Origin: Lytechinus pictus
Taxonomy: Eukaryota
NCBI RefSeq assembly: GCF_037042905.1
Contig: NC_087245.1
Coordinates: forward strand, 35,342,001-35,406,000
Length of the DNA stretch: 64,000 nucleotides
Direction of reading: 5' to 3'
How positions within the stretch are numbered: the first letter of the stretch is position 1; every line of letters starts with the position of its first letter. Below the pieces are notes generated by a model. It saw only the letters and a program-made list of their open reading frames with translations, searched no databases and was not told where the DNA came from. The translations under genes were made by a program, and so were the position numbers. Shown here one piece after another: positions 24,893 to 36,800 of the stretch.

Positions 24893-27800
24893 GTATGCTC
24901 TAACTTTTTTCAAGAATATGTTAACAATAACATTTTTTATGCTACATCTGAATGGCTTGTGCCATCACACTGGGTTATCGCGTCGGGTCGGGCAATCGCG
25001 AAACATGACCATGCGAGGAAACTGCCCCATTCGAGAAAAGGGCCCCCTAACTTTCCGAAAGGTTCGGTCCAATTTACCCGATGTTTTGTGAAAACTGAAA
25101 ACTTTTTGAATGGTTGGGTATTTATATGTACTTGGGTTTAAACTGACCCGACATTTCAGGAATTTAAGGGGGCCTTTATTGAATGGTTGGGTATACTTGA
25201 TTGCCTGACCCGATGCGATAACCCAATGTGATGGCCCCAGGGGACCGGGGGACCACTTCCATTGACAAGTGGATACCCCTTCCATTGACAAGTGGATACC
25301 CTGCGCGACCATGTCCATGGTGTCTCGAAAAGCACCCTATAGAAGTTTTAGAAGTTGTGATTAGCTTTGCAATTGATACCATTGGAAAGAGGAACTCTTC
25401 CAGCTCTCAGAAAACTTTGAATTTTGAAAATTGACCCAATGATTTGTTAGTTATGCCCAATTATGTTTCGGCAATTGGACATGATATACCAAAGGTCAAA
25501 GGTCAAAGGTCATTCTTTTATTTTACTTTGTTGTGAGAATGGCACCATGAAAAACATGACATGTTTTCAAACTTGTGTTATTCCCATGTTTTTTGTATTA
25601 CAGGTATGAAACTTGGCAGGATGCTAGTAGATTTTGCTTTGATGTATTTTTTTGCATGCCCAGGTCAAAAAACCAGTTAAGGACCAGTTCATCCAACTGG
25701 TACTGGTACCAGTTGATTCCAGTTAGCGAACTGGATTCAATATGGAAATTGGAATACTGGAATCAACTGGAATCCAGTTGACAAATTGTAACTGGTACCA
25801 GTTGGAAATACCAGTTGGCAACTGGTCCTAACTGGTACCAGTTAGCAACTGGTACCAGTTGACAACTGGTCCTAACTGGTACCAGTTAGGACCAGTTGGA
25901 AACATGAGTTGTCAACTGGTGCCAGTTAAAACCAGTTGGAAACACCAATTGTAAACTGGTGCCAGTTAGGACCAGTTGGAAACATGAGTTGTCAACTGGT
26001 GCCAGTTAAAACCAGTTGGAAACACAAATTGTCAACTGGTGCCAGTTAGAAACATGAGGTGTCAACTGGTGCCAGTTAAAACCAGTTGGAAACACCAATT
26101 GTCAACTGGTGCCAGTTAGGACCAGTTGGAAACATGAGTTGTCAACTGGTGCCAGTTAAAACCAGTTGGAAACACCAGTTGTCAACTGGTGCCAGTTAGA
26201 ACAAGTTGGAAGCACCAGTTAGGACCAGTTGGAAACATAAATTGTCAAGTGGTACCAGTTAGAAACACCCTGCAATGTATAGCATAAACAAAAATGAATC
26301 ATGTGGATATGTACATTCCCGATCTTTTACTCTTCTCATATAATCACTCCTTCGTTTTCCTTGCGCACACACACATTAGAATATTGGTACCAACACCCCC
26401 CCCCCCCCTCTCAGGCGGTTATTTCAATTATAAATTATCTTCAATTATCTTTACATTGAATGTCCACTCCTGTTATAACAATGTGCATGGACAAGTGAAA
26501 TAATTATTCTTGCACATAGGACTGATGAAATGAATCAAGGTAAATTTGTAGCATTGTATTGAAACCTTGTTAATTTCCACATGCACAATATAACAGGATT
26601 GGACTGTAAACTTGCTCTGGTAAATCAATCCCTCAGTCTCTTGAAATCTGTACCAAAAATCATCAGAGAATGACAAAAGTCACAAAAAACATATATATGG
26701 TATTTAAACTAGGAATTTAATGAAAGAAAATTATGTTACAAACTGTAACATGCTGTGTATAATTCTTGTATTATGTGTCAACAAAGATCATTAACTTACA
26801 CAGTAAATATGTAGTCAATCCAATTTTTACATGCTAGCTTGGAGACAAAATTTGAATATAATGCATCTAAGCATTTACCTTCAATAAATAATATGTACTA
26901 TTTTTAAAGGAATGATAAAGGAGTCTTTTTTTAATTATTATTTATTGAGATCTTGGGGCCCTCACTGGCTCTGAAGAGGAAACGTGAAACAGGTACCTTC
27001 CTTTCCTGTAGTGGCACTTGATCTTTGCTGGTAGATGCGATGTATCTGAAGATTAGAAAAAAAAACAATGGAATGAAAAATAATAAGTACAGTGAATACC
27101 GTAATACAAAATTTCAGTGGTGTAAAATTATATCTGCACATAAAGAAAATACATGGGATAGTGAAACTTCTCTAAGTTCCATATTTCAATGATTCAATTA
27201 TAAATGATAGACAGCACATCATCATTTTTATTACAACATGTATAGTAAGTTCACATGGTCTTGGGAATACTTCTGAAATTGACATCGCAGAGATGAAATT
27301 GCCTCGACCTTATACCTATACATTTATTTTAATAATAAAGACTTAGACTATGTATGTTTGCATATATGTATCTAGGAGTCTATGTTGCACATTATCTGCT
27401 AACATCTGATGGGTATTTCATGATTGTCAGTGCCGACTATTTCAGTGAAATCATTGCTTTTGATTGGCTGAGAAGCACTGGCCTCTGACTGTTACTATGG
27501 TAACTGTCGGAAAAAGACAACTTGTTAATGCTGACAACTTTCAAAAAGCAGTTCCCAGAACAAGTTTAAAAAGCAAAATGATGAAAATTTCATCAAAATA
27601 GGATAACAAGAAGTTATTGAATTTTAAAGTTTATCAATATTTTGTGAAAACAGTTGTATGCACTTCGTCATGAATATTCATTAGGTGGGCTGATGTCACA
27701 TCTCCACTTTCCTTTTTTTTATGTTACTAGATGAAATCATAAATGTTTGATTTTTTCATACATGTGTAAATGATGCGTCTCCATTGTAATGAAATAAGTT

Positions 27801-30800
27801 GCGTCAATAACTAATGCACCTTATCAGTTGTCAATCCAATTGTCAATAGTTCTTGGTTAAAAATATCTTAATAAACCTAATCTCATATAATAAAATACAA
27901 AAGGGCAATTGGGATATGACATCATCAGCCAACCTAATGAATATTCATAAACATGATAAAGACATGCCTAGAACTATTTCACCGGAATAATGCAAATCTT
28001 TAAAATTCAAAACCTTAATTAGTTATCAAATTTTGATCAAGTTTTCAGCATTTTGCTCTGTGAATTTTACTCTATTTATTGAGATATGTTTCCAGCCTGG
28101 ACCATCCCTTTAATTCTACTTCTACGGTACCCCCACACATACTGGTAAGTCAGAGGTAAAAAACAACGAGAACCAATTTAATTTCAAAGATAAAAAAATA
28201 CTTCGGCCTCCAGATTTAAGAAAAAATTCAGGAAATGTTATTTTAGTTCAGACTAATTGTGCACGTTTCATTTTGGAGGTCAATCTGAAATTATACTTCC
28301 AGTTCCAAATTCACGCCATTTGGTTATGCAAAAGCATGAATTAAAATTGATGGGCATGGGCCCATGTCACTGGCTAGCCTAGAGGACTCCATGAAGATAA
28401 TTTTATCATTTTTACATTGTATTTTCATCACGGAGCCTAGACAAGCCTCCTATAAGGTTGCTCGTACAACTGTGTAAACAAAGATAGATTTCCCTCGGAA
28501 ATCCACCTTTCCCATAATGATTTTTGGGCAAACATTAAATTTTTACATTTTGTAAGCCTTGATACTCTAAATGTGTACAAAGGCTTAAAAAAAAATTAAT
28601 TGTAAAATGTACAAATTGGAAATTTTCTTACAAAAAGGATCACTTGCTTGCAGATCTTGTCCTCACTGCCTCTGAAGAGTTCACGTGCGACAGGTACATT
28701 CCTTTCCTCTACTGGCACACATTCTTTGCTGGTAGATGCGATGTATCTGAAGAATTTTTTTCAAAAACAATGGAGAGAAAAATAATCAGTACAGTGAACA
28801 ACAGCGAATAACAAATACGTATATATTACAGTGAATAGCAATACATGTCTACACCTAAGGCGGGCAAGGGTTACTACAGAGTGTTGTAAAATTCAATTTG
28901 CACTTTAAGAAAAATACATGGGATTGTGAATCAATTTTTACATTGTATTTTCATCACGGAGCCTAGACAAGCCTCCTATAAGGTTGCTCGTACAACTGTG
29001 TAAACAAAGATAGATTTGATTTTTCCTCGGAAATCCACCTTTCCCATAATGATTTTTGGGCAAACATTTAATTTTTACATTTTGTAAGCCTTGATACTCT
29101 AAATGTGTACAAAGGCTTTAAAAAAAATTAATTGTGAAATGTACAAATTGGAAATTTTCTTACAAAAAGGATCACTTGCTTGCAGATCTTGTTGTCCTCA
29201 CTGCCTCTGAAGAGTTCACGTGCGACAGGTACATTCCTTCCCTGTACTGGCACACGTTCTTTGCTGGTAGATGCGATGTATCTGAATAATTTTTTTTTAA
29301 ACAATGGAGAGAAAAATAATCAGTACAGTGAACAGTGAATAAAAATACGTCTATATTACAGTGAATAGCAATACATGTCTACACCTAAGGCGGGCAAGGG
29401 TTACTACAGAGTGTTGTAACATTCCATTTGCACATTAAGAAAAATACATGGGATTGTGAATCAATGATTCAACTATAATGATAAACAGCACATCATCATA
29501 TTTATTAAAAAAATGAGTAAGTTCACTTGGTCTTGGGAATACTTCTGAAATCGATGTCGCAGAGATCAGTCCTTCATGTTTATAATTCCATGGAGCTCAA
29601 TAAATGGCTCTCCTTATGCCTCCGAATTTGCTTTCCTAGACACACTCAATTTTATAAAATGCTCAATTGTTGTAGATTGTTATTAAAATTGTAAATGCAA
29701 CAGATGTGTAGCTATTAATTAATCTGTGGTGAAACTAGGCTTGGGTCATGTAAAAAAAGATCGCGCTCCTCAAAAAAAAATTATAAGTAGGGTGTCCGAA
29801 CTCATATTAGGCCTAAAAAAAGTGCTAGAATTTCATATTTTACATCTTTAAAACCATTAAATCACCATCTCTTTTCCATAATTCTCATAATAGAAGATAC
29901 ACAAAGACCCCAAAAGAAAACTTGACATCTGAATTACCTAACTTACAGCCTCCTCATATGGAGGGCAGCAACGAAGCATTCGGATCTCCACTCCTGAGTC
30001 CTGGCGGTTCTGAGCTGGGCCTTCTTCTGGAAACTACCGGTACCCCAGGTCATGTTCACTGACTTCATCTCCTCCTCGAGGCTCAGTATGACTCCAGGTG
30101 GTTTTGGGTCTCCCTCTCTCCTGAAATACACAGTCAAAAAGTGATAAACAGCTATTCATGAAAAAATCACTCTTAAAATGGTGGAAAAAATAATGAATTT
30201 CGATTTTCGGCATTTCAAAATCTCATCAAAATCCTCAAATCGTGTGTAAAGTGATTGGTGCGCAGACACGAGGCGCTGGCCACTATCATAATGTTAAATC
30301 TGAAATTGAAAATCATAACTGGCTGAGTCTCACTCTCACTCTCAGATTTTTTCCAAGACCAAGAAAATCAGTTTCACATTCGATCACATATCTCTCTCAT
30401 TTACTTATAACAATATATGGAACAATATCAACTGAAAGATTTTGTGAAATAAAAAGAAATTCATGTTAAATCTTAACACAAATCGTAAGGTCAATGTGAT
30501 GTATGTGCGCAGACTTGCACCGGCATGGCAGCCACACATCCACGCCCGGCTAGTCGCGGCCGGCAGGCAGCGCTGAGGGGCAGTAACAGGATGTCCTGAC
30601 GAACTAACGTTACAGCTAGCCCCGCAGCTAGCTGCGAGCCGCGCCATTTAACAAACTACGAAAAGAAAATCATAGAAAATTGTTAACTTACCTGTAGAGC
30701 CTACTGCGAATGTCTTAGCTTTCAAGTCATTGTCCAAATCTGGTCCGTGTGATTTCAGTGGTTGAATTATTATTAAAACGGCCTTCTTTACCCTTCTTTA

Positions 30801-33800
30801 TTGCACTAGCACTCGATAAAAGTGCGGTGCAAATTAACGGCGCGGCGAAGATGGCTCTTTCAAATTCAAATTAGATTGGCGGTTTGCGTTTGGCGGCGCT
30901 GGTTAATTTGCATAATTATACGGACGATATAGATAGCGATCAGTGGCACTCAGTGCGCATGCGCAGGCCCGCCCGCGCCCGGTGATTGAAGGAAGATCTG
31001 CTGAGTCAGGAATAACGAAGGGGGGGGGGGGGGGGGTCTAAAGCAAGAAAGAAGTTTTAAAATAGAAATACGAACTTCTTAACATACAAATTTCTTCTTG
31101 TTTGGTTTTGGTTGGCAACCAGTCAAGAAATGACGATTTTCGCCTCTGCTTTTGGAGCTTTTTTTTTTTTCTTTGAAAGTTTAAGAATGAATTAGCTTAA
31201 TATTTGTTCTTTATTTCTATTTTATTTATTTTCTTTTTATTTGAAAGATAAAGATAGCCTTGCTTAACATGGCAAGGTTGTAAACTAGCAATAAATATGC
31301 GCGTTATAAATAGAAAAAAATAGCTATTCTATTCACCTTCAAAAATATTTTTAAAATATCAGTGAGTTAAAAAAAGAAAAATACATTAATTTTTATGTGA
31401 TTTGTAAAAATAGTGTAAAATAGTCCTCTTTAACTTAAATTAGAAAAAAGGGATTAAATAGGAAGAAATTTTTTTCTCGCAACAAATATCTAGGATAACA
31501 ATTTTTTTAATGTAAACTAGAAAATTTCACTGAGAATAACATGTTTCGATTTAAGTTATATGGTAATATCGAACCACATACTTTAATGAAACTTTTCAAG
31601 GTGGAAATATTAAAATTAACATAAAGAATAATTAAGTTAGTTATTATGTAGATATTTTTTTCCTCTTATCCTCAATCGAGCTGTGTATAGGATGGATAAA
31701 TGCATGGCATTTATTGTGGTAAAAGGCTGAATTACATGAATTTGTACAGAGCAAAATTTCAGTAAACAAATAAGCAACGAAAAAATAACAAAGTATACTA
31801 ATGTATAATATTGGAAAGGGGATACAAAAAGAAAAGTATACAGGGAGGGGGGGGGGGGGAGTAATGTCAAAAGCAGGAACAGGCAAAGGTTTGGAGTAGG
31901 CTTAATGTATATACCTTTAACATAATGAACATTTTCACATAAATATATATTTAACCAATGTTGAATGAATAACAATACATGTAGATTAAAGAGTGGATTG
32001 TATGAAATAATACTTGCTTTTTTTTTTAGAAAAGTAACGCTTTGTTGATGGTAACAATAATAATAGTTATAGGAAACACATTCATGAATGATAATCATAA
32101 AGAATTATCTCAAAAGGAATTAAAAACAAAGATAAGAGGACTTTGAAGTAATATGATCTGTACAAAAAATATAAATATTAATGTAAAGTTGGTTACAGCT
32201 ATATTGAGCCAGTGACTTGTCGGATAAGAAATTTGAATGATTACTGCAGATATCAACAATTACAAAAATATTTCAAAAGTCAGTTTAAGAGAAGCGACAA
32301 ATAAAACAACAAAGGTATGAAAACATAGTTCTTATATAATATATATATATATATATATATAAACTCTGTTGGAAATAAGTACAATGCATTACCACTATGC
32401 CTCTAATATACATATATATATATGTATATATTATATATGTATATACTGGTTCTTACTAGAATCAACTGGTAAGTCCTATTGGTTCTAACTGGTATCATTT
32501 GGTTTGATATTCCAGTATGGTTAATGGGTTTCAAGTGGGTTATGGGTGGCCTATGGGTTCCAACTGGTATAATCTGTTCCAGTTTGGTTTATGGGTTTAA
32601 CTGAAATCAGCTGGTAGATATATACTGGTAATGCCTATTGGTTCTAACTGGTATCAATTGGTTTGATATTCCAGTATGGTAAATGGGTTTCAAGTGGGTT
32701 ATGGGAGGTCTATATTCCAGTATGGTAAATGGGTTTCAAGTGGGTTATGGGAGGTCTATGGGTTCCAACTGGTAAAATATGTCCCAGTTTAATTGATTTA
32801 TGGGTTTTAACTGGAATCAACTGGTAGTATACCAGTAATGTATGTTGATTTTAACTGGTATCAATTGGTTTGATATTCCAGTATGGTTAATGGGTTTCAA
32901 GTGGGTTATGGGAGGTCTATGGGTTCCAACTGGTAAAATATGTTCCAGTTTGGTTTATGGGTTTTAACTGGAATCAACTGGTAGTATACCAGTAATGTAT
33001 GCTGGTTTAACTGGTATCAATTGGTTTGAAATTCCAGTATGGTTAATGGGTTTCAAGTGGGTTATGGGAGGTCTATGGGTTCCAACTGGTATAATCTGCT
33101 CCAGTATGGTTTATGGCTTTTAACTGGAATCAGCTGGTAGATATGCCAGTAATGCCTATATTGGTTCTAACTGGTATCCATTGGTTTGATATTCCAGTAT
33201 GGTTAATGGGTTTCAAGTGGGGTTATGGGAGGTCTATGGGTTCCAACTGGAACACTCTGATCCAGTTTGGTTTATGGGTTTTAACTGGAATCAACTGGTA
33301 GGTATACCAGTAATGCATGTTGGTTCTAACTGGTATCAATTGGTTTAATGATATACCAGTATGGTTTATGGGTTTAAGGTGGCATTAACTGGTATATACA
33401 CCCATTGGGTTTCTATGGGTTCCAACTGGCATCATATGGTCCAGTTTGGATAATGGGTTTTAAACTGGAATCTATTGGTAGATAAACCAGAAAGGCCTAT
33501 TGGTTTTAACTGGTATTAACTGGTGTACTAATTTATACCAGTATAGTTAATTGGTTTCAACTGGAATAAACTTGTATGTTTTCAGCATGTCCAGTTGAGA
33601 CAATGGGTTTCAACTGGAATATACTGGCATGGTGGGAGTTTACCAGTTGTGCCAATTGGTTTCAACTGGTACCAGTTGACTCCAGTTGAAACCAGTTAAA
33701 ATTTCAACTGGTTTCAACTGGTTTTTTTACCTGGGTGGTCAAGGTCATTAGTAATAAATATTAAATCATAATTTTTGCATATTTTTCAATATTTTTGCCT

Positions 33801-36800
33801 TTCTGGTCAATTAAAGTGGAAATGTTTAGTTGAATATGATGTGTAATGCTATTAAAAAGTATGGAAATATATTTCATATATATATATCTCTTTTTATTCA
33901 AATCAACTTTTGTTGGGGTAGACTTGTTTGTACAATTTGCTTGAACTGGTATAAATTTGATGGAACTGGTTTCCAGTTGATTTTTACTGGTCCAGTTAGA
34001 AATCAACTGGCCCAGTAGAAATGTACTGGAAACCAGATACTGGTCATACTGGTCCATCGTACCATGCAGTTTGATGAAAAACAATTTAACTGGTATTAAT
34101 ACTTTGCTTGAACTGGTATACATTATGATCAAATGGCATTGTGCATAGAAGCATGAAAATTGCAAAAGTTGTGCCAATTTTTAAGAAAGGCAACCCTGAA
34201 TTGTTGACCAATTATCGTCCAATTTCTTTGTTGACATCTTTTTAAAAAATCCTTGAAAAACTCATATATGCAAGGGTCATACATTTCTTTAAAAAGTCAA
34301 ATATCTTTTCGAATGTTCAATTTGGGTTTCGTGAGAAGCATACAACTACACATGCCATTTTGCACTTTGTTGATAAGGTTGCCACTGCCTTGGATAATTA
34401 CTTGAGCACAATTGGTATATTCTTGGATCTTTCCAAGGCTTTTGATACAGTTGATCATAGAATTTTGCTACACAAGTTATCCCATTATGGAGTGAGAGGT
34501 GTTGCCCTTGAGTGGTTTAGGAGTTATCTCACTGACAGGAGACAATTTGTATCTTTGAATAGAATTAATTCCAGCTTGCAAACTGTTACATGTGGTGTAC
34601 CTCAGGGGTCTCTTCTAGGACCTCTCTTATTCATACTGTATATAAATGATTTTCAAAATTCATCAAACAAATTATCCTTTATTATCTTTGCTGATGATTC
34701 TAGTGTATTTTTTTCACATAGGAATCCTCTAACCCTGATAGAAACAGTGAATTGAAGAATGTTATCTTGTGGGTTCAAGCCAATAAATTATCACTTAATT
34801 TTCAAAAGACAAATTATATGCTTTTTAGCAATTCCTTAAAAATGTTGCCTGGCAATGTAATGTTTAATAATGTCTGTCTTGAAAGAGTAACCTTTACTAA
34901 ATTTCTTGGGTTATTTATTGATGAGAAATTGAACTGGAAACTTTATGTAAATCATCTCTGCAAACTGTTGTAAAAAAATACTGGTGTTATACAAGTTGAG
35001 ATCAGTTTCCCCTAAAGAAATTTTATTTATATTATATTCCTCATTAATAGTTCCTTACTTAAATTACGGTGTGCTTGCCTGGGGCAACTCACTTAAAACG
35101 CAATTGCAAAAATTATTCATTGTTCAGAAGAGAGCTATTAGAAGTATATGTAATGTCAGTTATCGTGCCCAACTGCCCATACAAATATTTTATTTTTCAA
35201 AATTCAAATTCATTTATTTCACATCTGTAAAAAACATACAAGATACAATATATCGAGATCAATCAAAATGATTCCATAGTAAAGGAGTAATGAATATTGT
35301 AAAATGACAAATTAACAAAAATAACAAAATACATAGGGTAATGAATGCGATGTGGGGGAATAGCAAAAGCCAAATAGACCTATCTAGGCTACTCCCTGAT
35401 TAACATTCATTACCGAAAAAAGACCATCCTGCAATTAATTGATTAGATTGCAAGAAACACACATTTCAAAATAAATGAAAAAAAATAGAAAAAAAATAAC
35501 AACTATATTACAAAAAAATATGTTTAAAAAACATACACATAAAAGCAAGCAAGCTTATTCACTGAGAACATGGTGAAGTATACATATTTAGAAGGTAAGA
35601 CTTACATCTTACTTTAAATGAATTTAGCGAAGGACTTTCTTTTATTTCAGGGGGCAAACTGTTCCATATGAGTGGTCCACTATAACTTATGACTGTTCTT
35701 GAGAAAGAAAAGCGGTAAAAAGGAATGTATAAATTATCAGAATTTCTTGTATTATATTTGTTTACACTGCGATTTGTTTTAAAATAACTGTTGAATGTGT
35801 CAGGCAACTGATTCTTGTAGTATGAAAACATAAAACTTGCAGTGTGAAGGGTATGTATATCATAAATTTTCAGAATCTTTAATTTACGGAATAATTGATG
35901 AGAGTGAGCTAAATATGGGGAATTTGTTATTATTCTTATTGCCCGTTTTTGTAAGCGAAATAATTGTAGCATTAAATAATTTGCACAGTCCCCCCATACG
36001 ATATTGCAATAGCTGAGATGCGTGAGTATCATTGTATTGTATAATTGAACACGAATATGCAATGGTAAGTCACCTTTATTTCTATTAAGTAAACCAATGG
36101 TTTGAGAAATCTTCATAGAAATATTATTTACATGTTGTTTCCAACTCATGCTATCGTCAATTGTGACACCTAGGAATTTCGTATATTGCACTTTCTGAAT
36201 TTCAAAAATCATTAATATATAATTTTATGGAGTTTTCTTCAATTTTCTTATTTTTAGGCTTAAAAATCATAAAAGATGTCTTCTTAGTGTTAATTTGTAG
36301 TCTGTTGGCTTGGAACCACATGTGAACTTTTTCCATTTCAGAATTTAAAATATTATTTAATTGAATGGGATCCTTACCAGATAAAAATAAACTTGTATCG
36401 TCTGCAAATAAGGTAGTACTTAGTTAAAATATTACTTACATGTTGCAGGTCATTGATGTACAATATAAAAAGAAGAGGGCCTAGGTTAGACCCCTGGGGT
36501 ACCCCTACTCTAATGTCCTGAAAGTCTGAATGAATTTTGTTGATGCATACACATTGTTTTCGATTTCTTAAGTAACTGATTAACCACTTCAATACTGTCC
36601 CTCTAAACCCGTATGATGATAGCTTATCAATTAAAATATTATGGTCTATACAATCGAATGCTTTAGATAAGTCTAAAAATACACCAATCATTATTGCTTT
36701 GTTTTCATATTCCTTAGCTATTTTTTTCGGTTAAATCATGACAATCACTTATTGAAAGTGGAAGATATTTACTTTATGCAGCTAGGATCTCTTATGTATG

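Larger units (their letters stand above)
25659..33735. mobile_element. Non-autonomous CMC/EnSpm(CACTA)-like DNA transposon, 8.1 kb
   Basis: TIRs CCCAGGTCAAAAAACCAGTT / AACTGGTTTTTTTACCTGGG; 2-bp TSD TG (25657-58, 33736-37); subterminal AACTGG/CCAGTT arrays at both ends; no transposase ORF seen. Confidence 0.8.

Noticed and set aside
25670..26265. CRISPR-like look of regularly spaced palindromic repeats
   Set aside because: No unique spacers and no cas genes; eukaryotic context; explained as transposon subterminal repeats.
26300..30700. snoRNA host gene hypothesis for the internal spliced unit
   Set aside because: TGATGA boxes occur on the minus strand, but I found no properly spaced CTGA box with a terminal stem.
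31637..32098. 153-aa hydrophobic ORF inside the CMC element
   Set aside because: Low-complexity AT-rich translation with no recognisable domain; not a transposase.
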